Source: Candidatus Micrarchaeota archaeon
Lineage (GTDB): Archaea > Micrarchaeota > Micrarchaeia > Norongarragalinales > Norongarragalinaceae
Length of the DNA: 64,000 bases
Assembly (NCBI GenBank): GCA_016188965.1
Contig: JACPGT010000002.1
Coordinates: 245,852 to 309,851 of the forward strand
Direction: 5' to 3'
Shown here: piece after piece, positions 16,380-23,596 of the stretch
Numbering within the stretch: position 1 is the first letter of the stretch
Layout of the letters: each line of letters starts with the position of its first letter
Notes under the pieces: model-generated
The model's database searches: none
Seen by the model: only the letters and a program-made list of their open reading frames with translations
Told to the model about the DNA's origin: nothing
Position numbers and translations under genes: made by a program

Positions 16380-17125
16380 GAATTCAACACCCCGCTTGGT
16401 AGCAGTCCTTGCAAAACCCGACGGAGTACGTCACGTCCGACGTCGTACCCGTCGTGAACGGCGGGCGGCTCTGATGTCGGATCATGCAGGCGTCGCGCCG
16501 GCAGTAAAAGCACTTCATCCGATTGCACCCCAAGCCGCCAGCGGCACGTCCTGGCCGCAGGCGTGGATCTTTCCGCGCACCAGTTCAAGGCAATCCGGAC
16601 AACGCCAAGGCCGCATTTTTTCACCGAGTTGTATTGCAATACACTTGCAATCATGAATTTTTTGAAAGCGAATTTTGCTTTCTTTCGAGATTTTTTTTCG
16701 ATTTTTTCTTTCGATTTCCAAACATTTTTCACACTTGCATTGAGTAGTGCATCTGTTTCCGGGTCTGCGATTGCAAGCGTCTTGCAATACACTGAAGTCA
16801 AAGAATAGGATTCGATGTATGCGTCAATTTCTTCCTTGGAAACTGGGATTTCTTCTTCTAAAATCGACAAAATTTTTTTGATACCTGCAAGGCATCGCAG
16901 GTCATCTTCCGTTGTTCCGCTTTTCTGCTCGAGCTGTTCGATGAGTTTTCGCGCGCCTCCAGTTATCTCGGATTGGGTGGCCTGGCCAAGATAGGCACGC
17001 ACTCCATACTCCATTGCATCCGTCAAGCTGATTCCGGCCGTCCTGGCACGATTTACCAGGCTCGTGGGGATCCTGGCGTTGACGGGAGTCTTAGGAATGT
17101 GCTTGCTGACGGATGTTTTCCTCAT
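16229..17125 (-). CDS. ORF with an RHH-like N-terminus; 3' extent doubtful
   Basis: The N-terminal part (IPTSLVNRARTAGISLTDAMEYGVRAYL) resembles RHH/CopG. After about residue 170 the sequence is Arg/Pro/Cys-rich and atypical of coding sequence, and it overlaps three better-looking Zn-ribbon ORFs. A frameshift or an early true stop is possible. Confidence 0.3.
   Translation of the reverse strand: MRKTSVSKHIPKTPVNARIPTSLVNRARTAGISLTDAMEYGVRAYLGQATQSEITGGARKLIEQLEQKSGTTEDDLRCLAGIKKILSILEEEIPVSKEEIDAYIESYSLTSVYCKTLAIADPETDALLNASVKNVWKSKEKIEKKSRKKAKFAFKKFMIASVLQYNSVKKCGLGVVRIALNWCAERSTPAARTCRWRLGVQSDEVLLLPARRLHDPTSEPPAVHDGYDVGRDVLRRVLQGLLPSGVLNSWCRMKKRSRGRAPNAACSAPISRRTCTASRTKPPPYTQRAWQCKFQKSR
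16384..16518 (-). CDS. 44-aa Zn-ribbon protein (provirus)
   Basis: Manual translation: MKCFYCRRDACMIRHQSRPPFTTGTTSDVTYSVGFCKDCYQAGC* (CxxC...CxxC). ATGA overlap with the upstream ORF. Confidence 0.45.
   Translation of the reverse strand: MKCFYCRRDACMIRHQSRPPFTTGTTSDVTYSVGFCKDCYQAGC
16515..16787 (-). CDS. 90-aa Cys-rich (multi-CxxC) protein (provirus)
   Basis: CKCEKC...CPDC motifs. Linked by an ATGA overlap to the next ORF. Conflicts with the long ORF 16229..17125 in another frame. Confidence 0.35.
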   Translation of the reverse strand: MQDACNRRPGNRCTTQCKCEKCLEIERKNRKKISKESKIRFQKIHDCKCIAIQLGEKMRPWRCPDCLELVRGKIHACGQDVPLAAWGAIG

Positions 17126-17223
17126 CCAGCGTTCACCAGGTCGTGGTGCTTGTCGGCGCGGTCCCGCTTGACGTACACGAACCTTCCGTTGGTCTTTTCG
17201 CGGACTTCGATGTGGGTCGTCAT
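17122..17223 (-). CDS. 33-aa basic micro-protein (provirus)
   Basis: MTTHIEVREKTNGRFVYVKRDRADKHHDLVNAG*; ATGA overlaps at both ends. Confidence 0.35.
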   Translation of the reverse strand: MTTHIEVREKTNGRFVYVKRDRADKHHDLVNAG

Positions 17224-17876
17224 TCTATCGCCTCGTAGGTGGTGTATTTCTTGGAGGCCTTTCCGGCTTCCAGGAGCGTCTTGCATGCGCGGTCCAGCTC
17301 CGCGTCTGCCGCGTTCAGTTCAAAGCGCAGCGTCTTGTACGGCGTGGGTCCTTTGTCCTGTAAGTAGGCCAGGACGCGGGACTCCAAACTGCCGGGGGTG
17401 AACGTGTGCTTGATTTTCGGAATTTTTTCGGGGTTTACCTCGGCGGATTGCGACGCCGGCGCCGTGGTGCGCATGTTCTTCCAGGCCTTTCTTCGTTCGA
17501 CGGCTTGTTCAAAGGCGTCCACGATTTTTGCCGTGTTGGGTTTATGGCGTAATCCTTGCCGGCGGCCACCTTTTTGGGTGGGGCCCAGGCGAGCCGCCGG
17601 AGTCGGCTCCACGTCTTCTTCGCGGGGGGCGATTGATTCAGCGGAGCGTGCTTTCAGGACGGCCAGGTCACGGGCTTGGGCTTCTGCCTCGGCTTCTTTC
17701 ACGTAGGCATTGATCTGATCAATTTTGTTTTCCCAGACCAACGCGGCGCGGAAGCCTTGCACGAAGCACATGACTGCGGCGTTTCCAGCGCCATGTGCGG
17801 CTTCTTCCTGGTGCGCCAGAACTTGCAGGGCGATGGCGCGGCGCAGACCTTTGTTCAGCGGCTCGTTTTCGTTCAT
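17220..17876 (-). CDS. Protein with a C-terminal winged-helix-like domain (provirus)
   Basis: From ATG 17876 (MNENEPL...). The C-terminus SRVLAYLQDKGPTPYKTLRFELNAADAELDRACKTLLEAGKASKK is wH-like. The upstream part of ORF 17220..18086 looks out of frame. Confidence 0.5.
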   Translation of the reverse strand: MNENEPLNKGLRRAIALQVLAHQEEAAHGAGNAAVMCFVQGFRAALVWENKIDQINAYVKEAEAEAQARDLAVLKARSAESIAPREEDVEPTPAARLGPTQKGGRRQGLRHKPNTAKIVDAFEQAVERRKAWKNMRTTAPASQSAEVNPEKIPKIKHTFTPGSLESRVLAYLQDKGPTPYKTLRFELNAADAELDRACKTLLEAGKASKKYTTYEAIE

Positions 17877-18076
17877 GCGCGCCGGCCTCCGGAAAAATAG
17901 AAGTCGATGTACGGCACGTCTTCCAGGGCGTCCTCGACGCTGAATTCGCGGCCGCAGTTGGGACACGTCGCGTTCTGGATCTCGGACAGCGCGCCATTTC
18001 TTGCGCACAACGACCCACCTACGGCGATTAGAAGGAGGGCGCGCCGTTTTCCGTTCAGAACGAGGGGTTCCGTCAT
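17873..18076 (-). CDS. 67-aa protein with a CPNCG Zn-binding motif (provirus)
   Basis: ORF-track ORF; ATGA overlaps with both neighbours. Confidence 0.45.
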   Translation of the reverse strand: MTEPLVLNGKRRALLLIAVGGSLCARNGALSEIQNATCPNCGREFSVEDALEDVPYIDFYFSGGRRA

Positions 18077-18231
18077 TGCGAATCAACCTGGGGCACCGGG
18101 ATCCTCCGGTATATCAAAGTCTGGCGTACCAGATCCGAAAGCGTCCTGCAGCCGACTTTCTTGGCCAGCTTCCGGAGCATCCGCTTTTCCTCCGGGTAGA
18201 ACGAAAGGGAAAGTTGGGCCGCTTTCTTCAT
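18073..18231 (-). CDS. 52-aa ribbon-helix-helix (CopG/Arc-like) protein, first gene of the provirus minus-strand operon
   Basis: Manual translation: MKKAAQLSLSFYPEEKRMLRKLAKKVGCRTLSDLVRQTLIYRRIPVPQVDSQ*. Classic RHH pattern. The TATA box ctatataag lies 21-29 nt upstream. Confidence 0.55.
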   Translation of the reverse strand: MKKAAQLSLSFYPEEKRMLRKLAKKVGCRTLSDLVRQTLIYRRIPVPQVDSQ

Positions 18232-18251
18232 AATCTTCCCAAGGAACATTA

Positions 18252-18298
18252 CTATATAAGTCTTACGTTTTCCAATTCTTACGTAAACCCTATATAGG
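18252..18298. promoter_or_regulatory. Divergent provirus promoter region: two TATA boxes flanking two TCTTACGT direct repeats
   Basis: aCTATATAAG (18252-18260), TCTTACGT (18261-18268 and 18277-18284), CTATATAGG (18290-18298). Each TATA box lies 20-40 nt from the start of one divergent gene. Confidence 0.55.
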
Positions 18299-18328
18299 TC
18301 TGTGTCCCTTTACAGTTAGGTGGTTCGC

Positions 18329-18640
18329 ATGGGTAGTGGAAATGGCCGCAATATTTTTGTTCACCAGGACATCCTGGACCGAATCAACCGCGTCTTTGAT
18401 TTGGATCGCGACTCGATTATTGGCCGCGTCTCGCGCCTGACGCCAAACGAAAAAGCCAGGATTTTGATGGAGCAGCGCCTGGAGCAGCTGGAGGCAGAGG
18501 TCCAAGTCAAGAATCTTTTAGGATCGCCGCGCTCATTCGTACCCCCGGTAAATACGCTTGCGCAGGAACTAAGTCGCGCACCGGCCAAGATTAAAAAAGG
18601 GAAGAAGTCAGCAGATTCAGGCTTAACTATGGAGGGGTAG
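18329..18640 (+). CDS. Hypothetical 103-aa protein, divergent from the provirus operon and ending inside the tRNA-Leu 5' end
   Basis: ATG 18329 with AGGTGG 6 nt upstream. The stop TAG is at 18638-18640, within GGAGGGGTAG of the tRNA. Possible lysogeny regulator (by position only). Confidence 0.45.
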   Translation: MGSGNGRNIFVHQDILDRINRVFDLDRDSIIGRVSRLTPNEKARILMEQRLEQLEAEVQVKNLLGSPRSFVPPVNTLAQELSRAPAKIKKGKKSADSGLTMEG

Positions 18641-18767
18641 CAAAGCCTGGTCAAACGCGACAGACTCAAGATCCCAGGCCCTATCCGTTAAAGAAGAAGC
18701 CTTTCGGGCTTTGGTTGGGGAATCTGTTCCCCTAGCGGGTTCGAGGGTTCAAATCCCTCCCCCTCCA
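18631..18767 (+). tRNA. tRNA-Leu(CAA) with a 51-nt intron (18671..18721) at position 37/38
   Basis: Acceptor GGAGGGG/CCCCTCC, T-arm GAGGG-TTCAAAT-CCCTC, anticodon stem ACAGA/TCTGT, loop CTCAAG|A, long variable arm. Mature length is 86 nt. The D-stem is weak (A12-C23 mismatch). Confidence 0.8.
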
Positions 18768-18775
18768 TGGTCGCC

Positions 18776-18802
18776 CCAGGGGGAAACGCTGTTTCCCCCT
18801 GG
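18776..18802. terminator. Perfect 12-bp hairpin between the convergent tRNA-Leu and a membrane protein gene
   Basis: ccagggggaaac-gct-gtttccccctgg. Confidence 0.5.
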
Positions 18803-18925
18803 CACGGCCTGCGCCTCGCCTTCTTCCCTTGCCATTTTCAGGACTAGTGAGGGATTCGGTTTTTCTTGGTGGAGCTTCTTTTCGGAAAAAGAAGGTCCGT
18901 TGCACCTCCCTCCCCCTCCACTTTT

Positions 18926-19861
18926 CTATTTCTTACCCGCGATTTTGTGCTTCACTGTTTTGGCGCGGGGTTTGGCAAGTGCTTTTTTTTCGGGTGTAGC
19001 CGTAGCCTCAGGAGATTTGGTTTGCATTTGAGTGGGTTTTCCCGCGTATTGGGACCAGAATTCGGCGGAATACAGGCCCGTCCAGGTCTGAAGCAGCATT
19101 TCGGACAGCATCCCTACGCCGATGACCAGGATGAGGTTAGGAAAACCGGCCATGCCGACTTGGCCCAACGCATATTGCGCCAGGAATATGATCAGCACGA
19201 ATCCGGCCGACTGTAGCTTGAACTTCCAGACGAATCCGAGCGCTTCTTTCACTGCCGTCCACGCGCCGGCCTTGTTTTCCGCCACCACGGCCGGTAATAT
19301 TTGGTAGGCGGCGGAAAAGCCGAACGCCGAGACGATGAGCGCGGCCAAGAACGCTACGCCCAAAATCAGTGCCAGCAGGATTCCGACGAAGGGCACGGCG
19401 GCCGATGCGATGGCCAGCACCAACAGCAAGACGCATGCCAGGAATGCGACGATGAACAAAAGCGTGGCGATGAGGTCCGCCACGACCAGCGTGCCCCATC
19501 GGTTTTTGGCGTTGGCCAGGGCGTCCGAGAGGCGCAGCTGTTTTTCCTGGCGTAGTTGTGCGGCGGCGTTCACCAGGGCGAGGCTGACCAGCGCTCGCAA
19601 GAGCATGGATGCGATGAGTACGACGATGCCGATGAGCAAAAATGGCAGGGAGGCCTGCAGCAGTTCGCCGCCGTGTTGTGTGATGAGTGCCGTGAAGTCG
19701 CCGTTGGATTCGGCAAGCTTGCGCCTCACGGTTGGAAGCAGAGTGAATGCGGCCGGAAGCAGAAGCAAGCCGGGTAGCCAGTTGATGACGGCTAGCAAAA
19801 AGACGGCCGGTTCGCGGCGCATCCAGGTCAGCGGGTTCTTCAGCGCGTTTTCAAAGCCCAT
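18926..19861 (-). CDS. Polytopic membrane protein with a Lys-rich C-terminal tail
   Basis: 311 aa with multiple hydrophobic segments; no motif recognised. Confidence 0.6.
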   Translation of the reverse strand: MGFENALKNPLTWMRREPAVFLLAVINWLPGLLLLPAAFTLLPTVRRKLAESNGDFTALITQHGGELLQASLPFLLIGIVVLIASMLLRALVSLALVNAAAQLRQEKQLRLSDALANAKNRWGTLVVADLIATLLFIVAFLACVLLLVLAIASAAVPFVGILLALILGVAFLAALIVSAFGFSAAYQILPAVVAENKAGAWTAVKEALGFVWKFKLQSAGFVLIIFLAQYALGQVGMAGFPNLILVIGVGMLSEMLLQTWTGLYSAEFWSQYAGKPTQMQTKSPEATATPEKKALAKPRAKTVKHKIAGKK

Positions 19862-19896
19862 AAGGGCTAAAAAGGCGCGGCCCGCTTTAAAGGCAT

Positions 19897-20292
19897 ATGG
19901 AAGAAGAACGGCTTCGGCGGTTGTTGCTGGCCGTGGGCGTCCTCGCGTTTTTGGGCTCGGTCGTTTCCGCGTGGCAGGCCATGCCTTTGCTTCAGGATGC
20001 CTTCTCGCCGGTGTTCACCTCGCTTTTGTGCAGTCCGGCCAACGGCACGGCCGTGTTCTCGCAGCCGACGTCGTCCAATTTCTGTAGCAAGTACGGCTCG
20101 CAGTTGGGCAAGGTCTCTTCGAACTGGTGCATGTTTTATCCGGACGCCAAAACCGGCACCTGCCAGAAGCTGGTGGATGTGCTGGAAGACCGGTCGGCGG
20201 ATTGCTTCGTCTACCGCTTGGGCAAACAGACGGATTATGCGCAGGGCGCGCCGCAAGTGAACGAGTATTGCCGCGTTCTTCAGGCGCGTTGA
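19897..20292 (+). CDS. Small secreted/anchored Cys-rich protein
   Basis: N-terminal hydrophobic segment (LLLAVGVLAFLGSVV) and 6 Cys in the mature part. Confidence 0.5.
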   Translation: MEEERLRRLLLAVGVLAFLGSVVSAWQAMPLLQDAFSPVFTSLLCSPANGTAVFSQPTSSNFCSKYGSQLGKVSSNWCMFYPDAKTGTCQKLVDVLEDRSADCFVYRLGKQTDYAQGAPQVNEYCRVLQAR

Positions 20293-20322
20293 CGGGTCCT
20301 TTGCCTTGTCGCGCCTTTCTTT

Positions 20323-20796
20323 TCAGCGGGCTTGCAGTTGCTTCATCAGTTCAGCAAATGCCTTGAGGCCTTCCTGAAGCGCGCTTTTGGCTTTTGCGTC
20401 GGCTTTGCGTTTGAGGTCGTCGGCGTCCTTGACTTGTTCGGCTTGGCGCAGGGCCAAGGCGTAGTGGCCGTAAATGTCGTGCGTGACGGTGTTGCGCACG
20501 TTCTTGAACGTCCGGATTCCTTCAAACAGCGTTTTTTCCAGTTTTTTGGCTCGGTATAGCACTTGCGCGGCCTGCCAGCCGGAAAAGTCCTGGTCCACGA
20601 TGGCGCTGACCAAGTCGTCGGCCTGCGCAAAGCGTTTATGCATGAGTCCGAAGAGGGCCTGGTCCATCATCTTGTCCAGGCGGCCGAAGGCTTCCAGGAA
20701 GTAGCCGCCGGCGGCCAGTTCCTCGATTTCGTCCGGCGCGTAGGCCAGGGCGACGGCATGCTTGCCGCCTTTCTGGGTAAATGAAACGGATGGCAT
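20323..20796 (-). CDS. Hypothetical protein (157 aa, helical)
   Basis: ORF with plausible composition; no motif recognised. Confidence 0.5.
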   Translation of the reverse strand: MPSVSFTQKGGKHAVALAYAPDEIEELAAGGYFLEAFGRLDKMMDQALFGLMHKRFAQADDLVSAIVDQDFSGWQAAQVLYRAKKLEKTLFEGIRTFKNVRNTVTHDIYGHYALALRQAEQVKDADDLKRKADAKAKSALQEGLKAFAELMKQLQAR

Positions 20797-20805
20797 AATG
20801 GTTTT

Positions 20806-21150
20806 TCACTCCTTTTGCTCGTTTTCGCCTATTATTTGGATGATTAATTGCAGTCGTTTTAGTTTCGGGTTGAACGCATGCGGCGATTGGTCCGGATGGT
20901 TGACTACGGAGACTTCGACGTTGATGGCTTGGGAACCTGGTCTGGCCGCCGTTGGTGTACGCAGCATTTGCAATACGACTCGCCGAACTGCTTCTGGACG
21001 TGATTGGCTTAAGACCTGATAGTGGATCTCGGATTGGACGTTTCCGCCGCGTATGTGAGTCACGGCGTGTTCGGGACAAATCTGTTCTTCGAATGAAAAA
21101 TTGCTTTTCAAGATGTTTCTGTGGTGGATGGACCCAAGCCAATCTGTCAT
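20806..21150 (-). CDS. Hypothetical protein translationally coupled to nucS
   Basis: ATGA overlap with the NucS stop (21147-21150). Confidence 0.5.
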   Translation of the reverse strand: MTDWLGSIHHRNILKSNFSFEEQICPEHAVTHIRGGNVQSEIHYQVLSQSRPEAVRRVVLQMLRTPTAARPGSQAINVEVSVVNHPDQSPHAFNPKLKRLQLIIQIIGENEQKE

Positions 21151-22031
21151 CGGAATTCCTCCAGCATCTTCTGCTTTTTCTGCAGGCCTTTAATCTTAGC
21201 CGACGGGTTTGAGATTTCGTAATCCAGCTTGAAGTACTCCAGGCCTTCCTGTTCCAGCATGGTCAAGGCATTCGGCGTGATTTCCGGTGCGCAAAGGATG
21301 CCGCGGACCCTGTTGGCTTTGTTTTGCGCGTTGGCGTCCGGAGTCGCCTTGGCGTCCTTGCGGTGGGACAACTGCTTGACGTACCGCACCAACTGGGTGA
21401 CGGCATCCAGGCCGGCGGTGCGGCGTTTCAATTCGATAGCAACGAGGCGTCCGTCTTTGTCCTGCGCGAGGATGTCAATGGCGCCTTTGTTGAAGTGCGA
21501 TTCGGTCTGCAACGGACGCATCCCTTTTTCGATGAGGCCGAGGTCTTGCTCCAACAAGTCGGCCAGTTGGCGTTCCGAGCCGAACAGCTTGAGGGATTCG
21601 TCGTCTTGAAGCGAGAAGTTCTGCGCGGATTGCAGGGAGTCGAAGGCGACTTCGATGACTTCCTCTTGGGGTTTCTTGCGTTCGGCTTTTACGACGAGCA
21701 ACATGGAATCCTTTTGCGGGCCATGGTTTTTGGCTCCCTCGGTTTCCGTTTTTCTTGTTTTTTCTACCTTGGCGACATCCGCGTCTTCGTCTGCCTTTCT
21801 GATTTCCGTGCTGACGATGGCGCCGGGGCCTTGGTAGTTGATGGCCGCCATCTTGGAATTCTGGTGGACCAAGAACGTGCCGTCCGGCTTGATGACCAGC
21901 AGGCGGTCGCCTTGCGAGAGTTTCGACGCGGCTCTGCCCTTGTACTTGACTTGGCAATGGCCCACCACCAGGCAAAGCTGCTGTTGGGAGATGGCGGAAT
22001 CGATGACGGTTTTGCCTTGTTCCAGGTGCAT
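21147..22031 (-). CDS. nucS: Endonuclease NucS/EndoMS (mismatch-specific), with a charged internal insertion
   Basis: N-terminal half GDRLLVIKPDGTFLVHQ, C-terminal RecB-like nuclease half DILAQDKDGRLVAIELKRR...QLVRYV and RGILCAP. Confidence 0.75.
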   Translation of the reverse strand: MHLEQGKTVIDSAISQQQLCLVVGHCQVKYKGRAASKLSQGDRLLVIKPDGTFLVHQNSKMAAINYQGPGAIVSTEIRKADEDADVAKVEKTRKTETEGAKNHGPQKDSMLLVVKAERKKPQEEVIEVAFDSLQSAQNFSLQDDESLKLFGSERQLADLLEQDLGLIEKGMRPLQTESHFNKGAIDILAQDKDGRLVAIELKRRTAGLDAVTQLVRYVKQLSHRKDAKATPDANAQNKANRVRGILCAPEITPNALTMLEQEGLEYFKLDYEISNPSAKIKGLQKKQKMLEEFR

Positions 22032-22063
22032 GGTTTACGTTTTTCGGGCTTTTGCCGCGTGGT

Positions 22064-22720
22064 TCATTTGCGTCGGAGGAATCGTACGACCCTGGGCACG
22101 TCAGGGCGTCGTTCGGGCTTTCCTTTGAGGTATTGGACTTGCCTCGGCGCGTCGAGGTTTCGGAAAAGGCATCGGATGAGTTTTTGCGCATGTCTTTCGT
22201 GCAGGTGAATGTCGGTTCTAATCTGGTTGCCGAACTCTATGTGGCCGACTTTTTGCCCTTTGTACAGGATGTTCCAACGGATTGACCTCGGGTTGTCTTT
22301 TCCGTGTCTCAGTTCGTAGCCGATTTTGCCCAGTGCTAGGTGTATGCTGCCGATGTTTGGTGCCGGCGTGTTCGGGTGGAGGCTTAATTCGACTTCCGTC
22401 GCGCTTCCTGGGCTTGCCGTGAGCTTGACGGTGGACACGAACGGGTGGTCGGCGTCGAAGTGAGCGGACATGTGACTGATGTTTCCCGATACTTTTTCCT
22501 GCCATTGGTGGATGGTCAGGCCGGGTACCGTCGGCCGTTGCCGCTCGTCCGCCGAGACTCTTTCGGAATAACGATGGGGGATGTGCTCGCCGGCGGTGGA
22601 GTTGCCGATGGTGAGCGTGCCGGGAAGTCCGCGTATCTTCCCAGGATCGTGGATTGCGGCCGTCACTTCTTCGACCCGCCGTTGGGCCAGTCGGATGCTC
22701 TTGACCAATTCCCGCGTCAT
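22064..22720 (-). CDS. Hypothetical protein translationally coupled to the AlkD-like gene
   Basis: 218-aa ORF; ATGA overlap with the upstream gene (22717-22720). Confidence 0.5.
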   Translation of the reverse strand: MTRELVKSIRLAQRRVEEVTAAIHDPGKIRGLPGTLTIGNSTAGEHIPHRYSERVSADERQRPTVPGLTIHQWQEKVSGNISHMSAHFDADHPFVSTVKLTASPGSATEVELSLHPNTPAPNIGSIHLALGKIGYELRHGKDNPRSIRWNILYKGQKVGHIEFGNQIRTDIHLHERHAQKLIRCLFRNLDAPRQVQYLKGKPERRPDVPRVVRFLRRK

Positions 22721-23586
22721 GTCCTTTTCATTCCGTTGGGCTGAAGCTCATTCAGGGCGTCGTTCGCAATAAACCTTGCGGCTTTGCTTTTGGGGTGGGT
22801 CTTCAGGATGGTTTCTGCCGTCCGAACGGCTTTCCGCTTCAGGACGGGGTTTCGTTTGCCAATCTGGCGCAGGGCCCAGTTGACGGCCTTCTTGACGAAG
22901 TTACGCTCGTCCGTAGCGTATTGGACGATGAGGGGGAAGAAGGCTTCGAATTTTTTATCCACGGCCGCCTCGGTTTTGGCGTCCGTTTTTGTTCCGGCGT
23001 GCATGGATTTTCCGGCTTTGGCGTTTTGAAGGACTTTTCCGGCTTTTTCGTGCCACGCCAGCGTGGCCATCAAGGCGAATCCGGCGCGTCGTTCGAATTC
23101 GTTTTCATGGTGGGCCCACTGGATCGCTTTTTTCCAGGCCAAGGGGTTCTTGTCAAAGAGGTTGCCGCAGGTCTGGTCGCACACGTCCCACGAGTCGAAG
23201 TCGCGCATCCAGGCGTCCATCGTTTCGGATGTGAGCTGTTCAGGCTCTCCGACCATGGATGCCAATAGCCGGGCTTCGTGGATGCCGCTTTGCCAGAGTT
23301 CCTGGGCCAAGGCGTGGTTGCGGCCCGTTTGCTTGGCCATTTGGCGGAGGACGGGCACCGGTATGCCGAGTACTTGGCCTCCGGTGATGCCGAATCGTTT
23401 CATGCCGGCGGCGTTGGCGTGGTTTTGCAGTTTTTTGAGGTTATGGATGATGGCGGCGGCTTCAAGCTTCGATTCCGCTTCGAATTCGCCTTGATCCAGT
23501 TCGTCCAATATCGCTTGGGTGTCGATATTTTTCTTGAACAACTCCGCTGCCGCATTCGCTTTTGTTCTTTCGTGGCTTGTTTTCAT
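22717..23586 (-). CDS. DNA alkylation repair protein (AlkD-like HEAT-repeat family)
   Basis: Pattern ...MKRFGITGGQVLGIPVPVLRQMAK...ELWQSGIHEARLLA...WDVCDQ typical of the DNA alkylation repair enzyme family. Confidence 0.65.
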   Translation of the reverse strand: MKTSHERTKANAAAELFKKNIDTQAILDELDQGEFEAESKLEAAAIIHNLKKLQNHANAAGMKRFGITGGQVLGIPVPVLRQMAKQTGRNHALAQELWQSGIHEARLLASMVGEPEQLTSETMDAWMRDFDSWDVCDQTCGNLFDKNPLAWKKAIQWAHHENEFERRAGFALMATLAWHEKAGKVLQNAKAGKSMHAGTKTDAKTEAAVDKKFEAFFPLIVQYATDERNFVKKAVNWALRQIGKRNPVLKRKAVRTAETILKTHPKSKAARFIANDALNELQPNGMKRT

Positions 23587-23596
23587 GTTCCCATCA

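Larger units (their letters stand above)
8203..18650. mobile_element. Integrated virus-like element (provirus), about 10.4 kb, adjacent to tRNA-Leu
   Basis: Tyrosine integrase at the left end and a tRNA at the right end. One long minus-strand block of tightly overlapping small genes with RHH, Zn-ribbon and wH proteins, a Walker A/B packaging-type ATPase, beta-rich capsid-sized proteins, small membrane proteins and a repeat-bearing spike-like protein. Confidence 0.75.
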
